The notes beneath the pieces were generated by a model. The model worked only from the letters and a program-made list of their open reading frames with translations. It did not search any database and had not been told where the DNA came from. From Bispira polyomma (Eukaryota), in assembly GCA_965649765.1 (NCBI GenBank), contig OZ287752.1, positions 65,348,001 through 65,412,000 on the forward strand: a stretch of DNA of 64,000 nt, written 5' to 3'. Positions 11,061-24,087 of the stretch are shown in pieces (within the stretch, counting starts at the first letter, position 1; the number at the start of each line of letters is the position of its first letter). A program made the position numbers and the translations under genes.

Positions 11061-12541
11061 TGAGACCCAATGTGTTGAAAATGAAGAACAATATTATAAC
11101 AGAAAATAAGTGTTTCTTTTGTACATAAATGAGAAAACGTTTTTAAGGTTCCTCACTGGCTCTTCAGGGTCCTCCTTATATCAACATGGTCTGCTACACG
11201 TACAGTTTAAATTAAATTCCAATCAAAAGACATTCAGTCACTTTGACAAACCATATCTAAGTGTCACTTAGTTATTAGTCAGATCACTCAGAATGTCTAG
11301 TTTCTGACGCATTTTACAGAATAAAAATCGGTGCGGGCATGGTCTAGATATCTTACTTTAAAGATTGGCATGTCATATCATAATATCCTTTTAGGCTAAA
11401 AAAAGCTGCTGTAATACATCCAATATGGCGGCTAAGCGATAATAGAGTTATTGATAAAAAAATTAGCCATGCAGTGGTCCCCATTTTCAGAGTTTGTGGA
11501 GGGCAAACTTTTTATCAAAGTATATGCCAATTTCAGATACAAAAACTATATTTTAATTTCACCTTGTGCCCACACCATTTACTGATATTTTAAAAGAACC
11601 TCGAGGCTTCCTACTTGTGGCTAGACTTGCTTACCAGTCTTTACTGTGGGTAACACTTTATGTCTGTATTTTACACAGTTCCCATTCTCTTCCAAAGATG
11701 TCAGCACTAGTTTTTGCAAGCTTCTTCATTTTATCCAAAATGTAAAAAATAAGGGCTGTAGACTAAAAATTATATGGCCCTCATGGAAGGACCTTGCACA
11801 AGATCTAACTTTTGGCTGAAAGATGAAGATTAATATTACCAGTGTTATTGCCAGAATACCCGTGTTTCTTTTGTACATAAATGTGAATAAAAGTTGTATT
11901 CATGTAAATAAGCCCTCCTTAGCGATTTGGGACATGCTAAACCCTGTCAAAATTTCCCAAAAGCTCATCATATGTATTTAAGGTTTTGCTAGATCTAATA
12001 TTTCAGACAATAAGCAACCCCACCACTAAAACTCTGTTTTCTAAATAGGAAACCCCTTCAGGTACTCCAGTAGTTTTGTTTGACAATGACAATAACAAAC
12101 TCAATAACAATGTACAGGCCATCCTATAATGTTAAAAAATATCACCTACTTTTTGTCTGATGAGAATTATGAACCATGTGAAAAGGTGATATAACAGTCT
12201 TAGGAAACAAATTTTGAATGTGCATAGAAATTGTTTATTTATATGATTTTTGTGTTTGACAACGTTATGACTTGGATCAAGATTTGACTAGGAATAGCTA
12301 AGAGAAATATTTCACATTTGATATTGCATTATAGAAGATGTTCTATATTTGTAAAAAAAGTCTTTAGTAAATAGTATTAATACATCTCACTAAAAAAAGT
12401 GCTAAATATTCTGCAAAGAGATCATAATAATAGCACACCTATAACTACGACTAAGTAGTAAGAATTCGGAGTACCTGTGAAAAGAACGTATACTTAATAT
12501 TTATAAAAAATTCTTTCATCTGTCTAGTGCTTCAGGTAGTT

Positions 12542-15272
12542 CTAGTTTATAAAACTTAGTTCATTACAAAGGCTCCGTGCCTTTCCAGTAAATATAGACA
12601 TATACTGACAGAACGGATTGACATGGGTAGCCCACATGGCAAAGCCTTGGTTTCTGAGTTCATGCATCACTTCTATGTATTCCCGGTACTGTACAACCAT
12701 CTCTTCAGCCCCCTTCCCTCTGTTATGGACGTGGGTTTCAAAGGTCAGCTGTTTGACCTGAGCAAGGGTGTTGTCCTTCAAGATGGTCCTCAAGGCTGCC
12801 CACTCGCTGTGTTCAATGTCAATTTTGAGAACATCCAATATTCTCTGCCAAAAAAAGAAAATTAACATCAGTAAAATATCAGAGGTAGAAATAAACAAAT
12901 GAACCATGGAGGTAAAGCTGTGGACAATCCCTGAGGAAGGTTTTACAAATCGTTGTAGAAGCCCAACGTTACCCTACCTTTTATAACACTAATCTTGGAA
13001 CAAACTTTCTTATATGATTCTTATATTATTATACAGATTTGGCCTCTATGGTTAGCTGTTTGATTGGCCTAAATATTTGTCCTAATAATACAATACAAAA
13101 ATGTGCAATCAGTAAGGTCTGAACAAATTATTAAGATATTACAACTGTTCAAATAGACAACTGCAACTAGGTACACTGAAATTACAGTAGATTTGATGTC
13201 TTGTTTATGGGTCACTTAAATTGATATTATATTTCAGGAGTAAATGTTTACTGAAATTAGATGATTCATGGACATCAGCCTCATTTTATAGTTTCAATTG
13301 GTCCTACTGTGTTTGGCACAAATAACAATACTAGTTGCATGTACACACATAGAGAGATATATTTGGAAAAATGGTACTTAACTAACATCGGCTTCTTGAA
13401 AGTCCTCCAACAAAGTCTTTAGTGTCTTCATTTTCCAAGGGCCCCGTTGTCCATTGGTTTTATCCAGACCTATAGGGTAGAACTTTACTCCACTTTTCCG
13501 ATAGGGTTTGTGCTGAGGTGTACTAGTAGATACATAAAGCCTGTCATTACTTTATACCTGCATATGTAGTGTATGTTGTACAAGACAAACATAATAAAAG
13601 TAAACTTGACTACTGAAAAAGAAAACTGCCTTACAATGTAGTAGTCATTGTATTTGTTAACAGTAAACACAATATACCTTCCCATTTCATATTGTAAAAC
13701 TTCTCCCAGGATCAAGTGACTTAACAGGGCAGTTTAAGATTGAAGCCATTGCATCACAGTATTCTTTCTTGATATTGTATGCCATTCCTTATTGATGTTG
13801 ATCTCCTTGTCATATTGGATTATGATTCAAGTCTTTTATTGTATATTTAATAGTACCATCCAGTTTGCTTCAGGAGCTAATCCACCCTATGGTCTCAAGT
13901 AATAATGATAATAAGAGTACAAATTCCATGCTGAAATAATTACCTTGGATCAAATGATCTAACAGTGCAGTTGTAGATTGAGGCCATTGCATCATCAAAT
14001 GAGAAGTCGTTGGCTATTCTGTGAAATAAAACAACTAATTAATAAATTATAAAGAACAAGAATTCTGTAACAAGTTGTATTAAAAAGCCAGTTAAGTGTT
14101 TTCCAATGTAAAAATCAATTCAAATAATGTTGTGACACTGTATCCATATATTTTACAACACCGAGAAATTTCTGGTATCAACACACACAGATCTATATGA
14201 GATAATGTTGGACCAAAATACAGCCTGAAACCTTGATAAAATGCCCAATGAAAAATATGTCAAACACACAAAAAACCAACGTATTTCTACATGTACTAAA
14301 AATTGTTACAAAAAGTTCAAGACATTGTGTAAAACAAATGGGTTGCTTGAAAATTGATCACTATAACAGAATTGAAAGGATCGCAATGGATACATCACCC
14401 ACATAACATGAACTTTATATATTTAGGATTCACATTTTGCAGGGCCAGAGTACAGATTATGTGAGTATTCCTGTTGTTGTCCATATAGGTATTATAAAAA
14501 TATATACAATATATGCAAAGCATGAGGAGGATTAAATTAGGCTTTGTGACTACAACTTTTCTACCCAAATGAGTAAGCCAGACAAGGTGGCACGACATTG
14601 TAAGGTCCTTCAATACAGACATTCCAACCTCCATCTTTTCTGTTTCCAGCTCGGTACCAATGTGGACAAGAAACGTCTAACTGTGTTATCAAACTGTAAC
14701 AAATATAAATATGCATGAACATTCCCATATTACCCAATGATTTTGAACTGTAATAACTATGAATATGCATGAACATTGCCTTATTATCCAATGATTTTAA
14801 ACTGTAACAAATATGCATGAACATACCCACATTGCTGTAAATAAAGTTGGTATGAAGTTATATATTATTGTTAAATGCAGGTATCACACATATATATTCC
14901 GCTACCACTCTATTACGATATTATACATTATGATCAACATAAATTATCAGTTAAGAAGAATTTTACATTGTCTAACAGTACTGTTTTGCCCTTTTGTTTC
15001 AAGTCACAGGTGTTCAGTGGTACAGTATAGTACTATTCAGTGCAAATACTACAATTATTCAGGTGTATAATGGTACACATGTACTAACCTGTAATACTTT
15101 TCTTCCGCAGTAGCAGCATTATCATTCTTATGTATCAAAATGCTCCCATAGCTAAAGTCTTTTGATAAAAATAGATTATTAACACCGGTGCTAAGGCTAT
15201 GACTGTGAGATAAATCCTGCTCTTTATACACGTTTCCAGCAGAAAAAAGTCCAAATTTTTAATCGGTGTCAT
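12542..15272 (-). CDS. METTL24: METTL24-like (Methyltransf_22/FkbM-type) methyltransferase; exons ~15250-15089 (5' end uncertain), 14693-14565, 14018-13944, 13522-13387, 12844-12542
   Basis: GT-AG exons join in frame: ...EKYYS|LITQLDVSC...DGGWNVC...CLAYSFG|IANDFSFDDAMA...SFDPS|...KFYPIGL...MKTLKTLL...|RILDVLKIDIEHSEW...VKQLTFETH...ELSFIN*. No clean start codon was found in the upstream exon. Confidence 0.85.
14691..14835. repeat. 54-bp tandem repeat (~2.7 copies) that triplicates a splice acceptor of the METTL24-like gene
   Basis: aactgtaa...atatgcatgaacat... recurs; minus-strand TACAG acceptors at 14694, 14748 and 14802. Confidence 0.85.
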
Positions 15273-15914
15273 AAACATACAACCCAAAAAGCATGATGTT
15301 AATAAACAATTAATTGTGGTCAATTTATTTTATCAACATTGTTTGATAATTTTTTTGTTAATTGTACATGTCTACGAAAATATAAATACACTGGTTATTG
15401 GTCTTTGAAAACACCTGTTATTCGTTTTTAATTTGAACTTATCTACAATATGGTGCATCTATTTTACCAATTTTCTTATTGATTAACGTGTTATTTAGAA
15501 AGAATTTTTGATGTATAGAAGACATTAGGGCTGATATCGACAAAAGTGTAGACTCAATCTCAAATATAATGCCTGTTCACAAAATAAGCATAGAAAGGTA
15601 GAAAAAGATTGTGGTAAAAATGTTATTAGTCACTATGTTAAAACTACTATATTGTATATACCGTTTTAAGTTTCAGATGAGGATAAGGTCATCCTGGCAT
15701 AAGGTTGTGCTTAAGTTTAAGAATTGTGAAGGTCACTCTAAAGTTAAAAGATTGAGTGCATCATGTACTAGGTACTATAAGTGGACTTGATGCCCAAATG
15801 CAGTAATAACTTTGTTACTGTAACGTTTACTGCTACATAATGATGTTTATAAGTTTTGGATATATATATATTTAACTGACAATGTGTCAGATCACCCATG
15901 TGAACTAGCATATG

Positions 15915-17573
15915 AACTGACTCTGCCCAGGCAGCTTTCACTTCCTTACAGCACTGCCTTGTTGATGTACAACACTGGATGGCAGCAAATAAACTCAAGC
16001 TGAACCCTGAGAAGACTGAGTTTATTTTGTTTGGCTCCAAGTAGCAATGGGATAAATTTTCCAGCTGTTTTCCACTTGACATTCTTGGTAGCAGGTTTTT
16101 TCCAGCTGACAAAGTACGAAACCTGGGTGTGGTGTTCGACTCTGAATTCTCCTTCTCTAACCATGTGGCATCGGTGTGTAGATCATGTTTTGTTGGCCTC
16201 CGTGATTTCAGGCGGATTCGACGCTATCTTTCCAAATTCACTGAAATTACTGTTGCCAATGCTTTGGTCAGCAGCAGGCTTGATTACTGCAATTCTCTGT
16301 TCCGTTCCTTATCTCGTAGTGATCTCAGACGCCTACAGAATATCCAATACTCATTGGCACGTATTGGCTCCAAGTAGCAACGGGAAAAATTTTCCAGCTG
16401 TTTCCCACTTGACATTCTTGGTAGCAGGTTTTTTCCAGCTGACAAAGTACGAAACCTGGGTGTGGTGTTCGACTCTGAATTCTCCTTCTCTAACCATGTG
16501 GCATCGGTGTGTAGATCATGTTTTGTTGGCCTCCGTGATTTCAGGCGGATTCGACGCTATCTTTCCAAATTCACTGAAATTACTGTTGCCAATGCTTTGG
16601 TCAGCAGCAGGCTTGATTACTGCAATTCTCTATTCCGTTCCTTATCTCGTAGTGATCTCAGACGCCTACAGAATATCCAATACTCATTGGCACGTATTGG
16701 CTCCAAGTAGCAACGGGAAAAATTTTCCAGCTGTTTTCCACTTGACATTCTTGGTAGCAGGTTTTTTCCAGCTGACAAAGTACGAAACCTGGGTGTGGTG
16801 TTCGACTCTGAATTCTCCTTCTCTAACCATGTGGCATCGGTGTGTAGATCATGTTTTGTTGGCCTCCGTGATTTCAGGCGGATTCGACGCTATCTTTCCA
16901 AATTCACTGCAATTACTGTTGCCAATGCTTTGGTCAGCAGCAGGCTTGATTACTGCAACTCTCTGTTCCGTTCCTTATCTCATAGTAATCTCAGACGCCT
17001 ACAGAATATCCAATACTCATTGGCACGTATTGTGACCAAAACTTCTAAATTTTCCCACATTACTCCTGTACTCAAGTCACTGCACTGGCTCCCAATAAAA
17101 TATTGTGTTGCTTTCAAAACAGCAACAATAATAAAAAAATTTCTAAATTCTGGATTACCCACTTATTTTAGCCCCCATCTATCCAAATATACATGCTTAG
17201 TCAGGACAAGGCGCAGTAACCTTGATAAATTATACCTTAACATTCCCACTTTCGACCCTCGCATCCACAAATCCAAAGTTCAGTTTAATCACTGCCTAGC
17301 TTATGATGGCCCCCTCATTTGGAACAGCCTACCTGATCATGTTCGCCTGGCTCAAATTTTCTCCTCTTTCAGGAGTAAGCTGAAGGCCTACCTTTTTTTG
17401 AACAGGCTTTTCCACCTTAGCCGTCGCAACCATTTACAGTAGTCTCCCTGGTTACGACTTCCATCTGTCCACTATTATTGATTTTTGATTAATGTTTTGG
17501 GTTTGTTGCGCCTTAGAATTTGTTGTACAAAGATTAAGCGCTATAAAAGTACGACTAGATTAGATTAGATTAG
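15915..17573 (+). mobile_element. L2/CR1-type LINE 3' fragment with (ATTAG)n tail
   Basis: WMAANKLKLNPEKTE...RNLGVVFDSE...ALVSSRLDYCNSL...HITPVLKSLHWLPI...WNSLP; tail tagattagattagattag at ~17556-17573. Confidence 0.9.
16031..17031. repeat. 333-bp tandem triplication inside the L2 fragment
   Basis: Near-identical units start at 16031, 16364 and 16697. Confidence 0.95.
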
Positions 17574-17969
17574 CAATCTACAACTTGAGAACCAGCATCA
17601 TTAATGTAACGCCATACGCAGTCCGACGTCCAGGTGCCATGTCGCTGGAAAGTCCTGTATATTGACATTATAATTATTAAATGCAAACGTGGTACCGGAA
17701 CGCCGGATATATGGGAGGCCAGATTGACATAAACCAAGTAACTCGACCTTGAATATCTTACCCATATATGTGTGAAGTTACATTCGTCTACTAGTGCTTT
17801 GACAATGGAATATCAAACATACTTGTTTGAGACAAGTTTTTGTTGTAATGGTCTTTTAATTAGCAAAGCTCTATTATAATAACTGATTCTTAGATCAGAA
17901 AAGGCTTCTATACTAATATTCGTTTTTACTCCACTGTTTAGCCACTGCATTACTGTATTGATCCTTTAA

Positions 17970-18454
17970 GTAATTTTAGACTTTTTTCACAGATGGTTCT
18001 GTGACTTCCATCACAACTTTTAAACATGCATTTAAATATCTTTCGCCCCATTTTATGACTTGCTGGGTATTTACAGTTACCTTCTTGGAATGTCTATTGC
18101 TTTTTACCTATTACTTCACGCCACCCCATCCTCTCTGGAACTGACCTCTGAATTGGAAGGAGTTCTCATTTATCTGCTTTATTCTTTTAGCCTTTTCTCC
18201 ACCTGGGTTTGAATTTGTACATATTGACGCAATAAGTCTACACTTGGTACAATATTATTTCCAACTACATCAACACCCTTACTGCTAATACCTAGATTTA
18301 TATTAGAAACTATGGTTACCGCCTGTTTACTTGTGAGGTCTTCAGCCAGTGCCGCCTCCGTGAGCTGTACCTGCTGATCCATGTATTCTATTACCTGGCT
18401 TATCGACTGTAGGTGTTTTGATATAGTTTGTGACACAGACAGTGCCTTTCCCAT
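17970..18454 (-). mobile_element. Degenerate DIRS/Ngaro gag-like fragment
   Basis: VPSVDLLRQYVQIQTQVEKRLKE followed by a decayed Cys/His-rich stretch (FQEGNCKYPASH...C...SCDGSH...C). Resemblance by eye only. Confidence 0.4.
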
Positions 18455-18954
18455 GACCTTGCTTATTTGACCTTGGACACAGTAAATGGCACAGTTGGAG
18501 TATATTAGTTTTTTACGATGTTACCACAAACAAGCAATTTACAAACTGAATTCAAGGCCACCTGACTGAGTTAAGGGTAACTTAAGTGATGCATAACTTA
18601 AAGTCTTAAACAGTATTTACTCTAAGGTTGCCTTTTACTAGGTTTACGTGTACACATAAAGTTCAAATTCTGTTCACTCTAAAATTACTTTTAACTAAGT
18701 TTAAGTGCATACTTCAAGTAAATCACAATGGCTTTTAACTCGTGTTCCAAACTCTCCTTTATAGATCATGCATTGTCCAAAGGTTTATGCATATGGGGAG
18801 GGGGGGGGGGGGACAACCTGTTGAAAATTTTGTGCACAATGATAACCAACAGTAATGTTCATGAGAAACAAGCATAAACGATTTTCAGCTCAAAGTTATC
18901 AATTAAATGTCACAATTGCTGACCATCATGCTGCACATCTATACCTCAATGAAT

Positions 18955-21760
18955 ATTTTTTTTTTTTACATTTTAATTTTTTTTTTAAATATTACAAATA
19001 TACAGTAGGCATATCTTAATAAATGCAAATTAAAACAAAACATGTTTTTAATAAAAAAAAATATCATTTTTTTATAATGCTTACTTTCTAACTGGTCAGT
19101 TAACCACATTTCCTATTTCTTGTTAAATTTTTGTTCAGTTTGATTTACTTTCAACAAAAGTTTTTGTTCTAAAAATATATTTTTTTCTGAAGGAAATATA
19201 TGTTCAATTGAAATTTCCTCATTGAGCACAAAAATATGTAATACCTTGATACTAGTAGCAAAAAGTTCAGTGGCCAGAAATTTACATCCATTTCTTCATA
19301 CCCTAAAATATTTTTAGCATCGCATAGCTCTATTTTAAGAGCCAACTTATTCCAGATCCAATCTAATATATTGTGCAACAATTTGTCAACCTAAGTGCAC
19401 TGAGTAAAAAGGTGGTAAATAGAATCTGGATGTTGCTTACAAAAATTGCAAAGGTTGGAATCAACTACTTTTATCTCAGGCAAATATTGATTGGTATCAA
19501 AAATGTTAAAAAGTATTTTATATTGAAACCATATTAATGTGTTATCTGAAATGCACTTAAAACTGGCCTTAAAATAATTTTCCCAACATTGACATCTACT
19601 GTGAAATTTAGTTTTACTGCCCATATTGATTTACAAATTGCTTCCTCAAAGTCATCTTCACTGTAAATTTTATACAAATCATTACTCCCTTTTTTTGGAT
19701 TTAGACAATATTTTTATATGGAATGGTAAACTAGGTCTCAAGTAAGAAAATGTCTGGCCTCTTTTATATGTCTATAGGAACTTCTCAACCAAGAGTTTTA
19801 ACCTGTAATAGAAAATATTTGTAGAAATGTTATGTTTTTTATTCAAATCTGCATGACTAATTACAGTTCCTTCTGCATTTATTACATTACCCACTAGGCT
19901 TATTCCCTTTTTGTACCAAGTTGGGTATTATAGAATACATTTTGATACTTGACTATTAAACCATAAACATGAAATTTCATTATTTAATGAGGGTTGAACA
20001 GAAATCATTCCAGTGTCCAAAAATAGTAGTCCCAAACTCGTTTTTGAGTAAACTGAATTCAATTCTCCAACAAGCCCAGATAAAATTATTTACCTTACTA
20101 TTTGATTCGTGTAAAACCTTGTTTCATGCTATTTCTGGTTGATAGACTGTTTTTTGTATCTAAATTATTTTTAATGCCTTTTCAAAATGCAATCAATCAG
20201 GTTTATGATTCAATAAAAATTCAAACATAATTTTATTTATGTTTTAAAATACCTAATGGTGCAGGCAAGGTAATGCAGAGGTGTATCAGTTTTGACAAAA
20301 ATTTGGTTTTAATAAGTGATATCCTTCCAAAGGGTGCGAGATATCTATTTCTCCAATTTTCCATGTCCGTCTTAATTTTTTCTAATGCTTCGGAGCAGTT
20401 TATGATTGGAATATCACCCAAATTGGTTGAAAATTTATTCCTAGCATAGATAATACTGATTTGTCCCATTCTAGATTTTTTTGATTTTTTTTTTAATTTT
20501 TCCTACAAGAAACATTTCCTATTAATCCAGATCACCTTTGTTTTTACCATGTTCATTTTTAAGTCGGAAAAATTCCCAAATATTTTTAGTATATTAAGTG
20601 CTGTCTATATAGAGCTTTGTGATTCATCAAGTATAAGGGTTGAGTCATCTGCAAACTGTGTTAATTTAAATTTTCTCAACTTAAAACCTTTTATGTTTGG
20701 ATTTACTTTTAGTAATGAAGACAGTACTTCAGCCCCTATCAAAAATAAATATGGTGAAAGTGGGTCCTCTTGTCTGCAACCCCTTTCAATAGAAATTTCT
20801 TCAAATAAGGTACCACATTAAAGTACATGTGCTTGGATGTTGGTTTAAAGAGTTTTACTTGCTAAAACCAAACATTCGAAGTTTTATACAGGAATATCCA
20901 AGAAATGGAGTCAAATGCCTTTTCAAAATCTATAAGCATTAAAAGTCCAGGGACAATTTTTACTTCTGCTGAATGCATTATATCATAAATTAATCTGGTA
21001 CTATCACCCATGTGCCTCCCTGGTAAAAAGCCAGATTGTGATTTTAATATATTAAGATCTAAAACTGTTTTCAATCTTTGCGCTATTACACCCAAAGTTA
21101 GCTTGTCAATTACAGAAAGTAGTGAAATAGGTCACCAGTTCTTCATGAAACTTCTGTTCTTGTTTCCTTTTGGTAAGCAGGCTATATTGCATTGGCGCGG
21201 AGTTATTGACATTGAACCTTTTTTCAAAACCATAGTTGATTGCTTTAGCTATAAAAAAACTTTGGCATTCCCGAGAAAACTTTTAAAAGTTCCGCAGTGA
21301 GACCATCTATTCCAGGCGTTTTGTTATGTTTCATCTTTTTTAAAACTGTTTGCAATTCATCTACAGATATAGAATCACCCAGATTTTCATCAACACCTTT
21401 ATCTAATTGAACCTCTTTCAAAGAATCAAAGCTTTCTAAATTAAGAAACACATCTTGGTTGCTGAATAAATTGGAATAAATTTTGACTTGGTGTAGCAAT
21501 TCCTTCTGCTCATAAATTGTTTGACCATCATCTAATTGTAATGTTCTTATTATCTTTTCAACATAATTTCTCGATCCTAAATTACAGAATAGCTTGAAGT
21601 TTTTTTCTCCCTCATTCAGCCACTTTATTCTACCTTTAACCTGTGCCCCTTTCATTTTGTTTTCTCTAATATATTCCAATTCGGCTTTTTTATCTGATAG
21701 CAGTTGTAAATTAGAATTTTGGGAGTCTATATTTGTTTCCAAATGCTAAATATCTTTCAT
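18955..21760 (-). mobile_element. Decayed L1/Tx1-clade LINE ORF2 (RT to zf-RVT) with A-rich 3' end
   Basis: KWLNEGEK, KTPGIDGLTAE, QSGFLPGR, LIDFEKAFDSI, GCRQEDPLSPYLF, QFADD, FQYKIL...CNFC...HLFTQC; many frameshifts. Confidence 0.9.
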
Positions 21761-24087
21761 CAGTGAATATTTTGTACCAAATATGAACTTCATTTAAGTT
21801 ATCCCAGAATGTTGGAATTTAAATGCAAGATAAATTAATGTCACACCATGATGTGACACAACTGCACATTCAGTGGGTTTTTTGCTTTATTTGCTCACTG
21901 TTTAAAAAATACAATTACTAATTTTTTAATTTTAAAAATTAAGTTACGATACTAAATCTGAAAGAAAAAACAAATCAGAACAATGGATAATCATTAATTG
22001 TAAGGCACACCTATTTAAATTACAGATTATAGGAAAATTAGGATGTCAAATTTGAAAAGTCAAACTTAATCAGAAATTACTAACAATTTCTAGTGGCTGT
22101 GAAAATTTCTTACATTTTACAAAGTAACTAAAGGACTTAATCTTCTACATCAACTTTGCAAGACAACTGACCACAATACACAAATTGCTACTGCTCTTTT
22201 ATACATTCAATGAAAAAATAGATGAAAGACATTAAAATGGGTAAGCAATAAGTTCTTACAAGAACGGTGCGGCCCATGGGCCCCTGACTAGTTTCTTATA
22301 CTTATGCGTGAGGCCCGATTTTTATTTTTGACATAATGATCTGGACACGCCCAGAATCTTAGAACAAGAGCAGAGTGGCCTGGCGACCACATCATAAGAA
22401 TCTCAAGATGAGTCCCGAAAATAGTGAACCATCAGTAAAAATCATAGCAATGTCGAAGACAGAAAACTCGGTCAACAAAAATTTCTATTATCACTCACGG
22501 TTCTCATTTTTAAGTAAAATTAAATATTAAACAAATAAAGGGTACTTGCTTCTATTTTGGGTTTTTTCCCTTTTTCATTTTACAAGAGTCATCAAGTGTC
22601 GTCATATATTTTACTGCATCTTATTCTACTCCATAGATATAAGCAATTGTTTGAAGTTCCCTTTAAAATATTTCTCAAACTAGCCATGTTTTTGAGCTGT
22701 GGTTATATATTGCTGGGAAATCCCCAGATTTTCACCCAATCTCATCTTGTGCGAGATAAAATTAGGTCGGTTGCCATATTGGAGCTATTGTTTACAACTA
22801 TATATGTGTGCGTTATGGCCTTCTTAGAATGAAATACACAATATGTATACTTCGAAATCCATGAAAAATAAATTAGAACAAACTAAACCACTTGAGACTA
22901 TTAAGGTAACATATTTTACAAATTCTCATTGTTTTAGTTTTGATTTTCTATTTTTAATATTCCCATATTCATTGTTTTTATAGAATGTGACCTTTCATTT
23001 TTGAACCCACAATTCCTACTGCATACACACTTGCGCATCTGCACATGCGCACTGAAAACTCGAGATATATTTTTAGCCAATCCCATGTTGCCTAAGATGG
23101 AATTAGGTCGGTTGCCATATTTGATTATTGTTTACATTTCCCCGGTAGCAGGCCAGAGGTCAGAGGTCAAGAGAGCAGTAATAACACAGGATGCGGTAAA
23201 ATATTTATTGTTAGACTAAGAGGTTAGGCTACTATGTACAAGGTAACTTAAGGTTACCATAACTAATTTAAACTAATAATAAGTGACTTAAGGTCACCTA
23301 CAATAAATATTTTACTATGATTAGATGATTTGGCTAAGGTCCCCTTACCTTTAAGCGAGTCATTGTTCATACATTAACACAGCCCTGTGGGCAGGTAAGC
23401 ATGGTGACCTTAGAGTCCAAATGAAGTTACTAGAACTTGTAAATTTTGAATAAGTCATAACTATAGGCAAAGGTTCATTTACTGGTATTTTTACTAGAAC
23501 TAGCACTGTATGCAGAGCCTTAGGAGTGAAACCATTGCAGTTAAGTTACTGAATTTATGACTAGCAAGTTACGTAAGTGAGTACTTTAAGTTGTAGAAAT
23601 ATTTACATATAGATTTTTTACTACAAAGTTAATTAGCAGAGTACGTTATAGAATTATTTACATGCGATAATCACTCAACTAAGAAGAATTAACATTTTTT
23701 AGTGTAAACCATACTTTTTTTACAACTATCTATGCACAGAGATCAGTCAAAAAGAAATTGTTACCGCTATAAACTACAATTTGGAAAGCGAGGCCTTGTG
23801 CAATGATACTAATGTGATTGACAGGTGGTCTGGACATATCCGGAAACTCATAAAACGCAAATACTTGTTGCGAATTCTTTATTAGAATCAATCCCAAAAA
23901 TTTCTTTAAGCACAAGAGGTTCAACTCTAAACTCAATGCTAATTTCAGACTATAGCTCCCGACCAGTTTTGAGATTTGCTTGTCGAAACGTTTTGTACAC
24001 CTTCTCTATTTTTCCGACCCATACTATAAACTAGTTTGCACATGCGCATTGTGCAAACTAGTTAAAAAGTTGCAAACTACTTTAATT

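Noticed and set aside
13485-13715. Alternative METTL24 acceptor at 13558 and the 76-aa ORF
   Set aside because: It leads to a stop; the acceptor at 13523 gives the conserved frame.
16031-17035. 334-aa hydrophobic repeat ORF as a real membrane protein
   Set aside because: It is an alternate frame of a triplicated L2 RT fragment with a TTG start; its length comes from the 333-bp unit.
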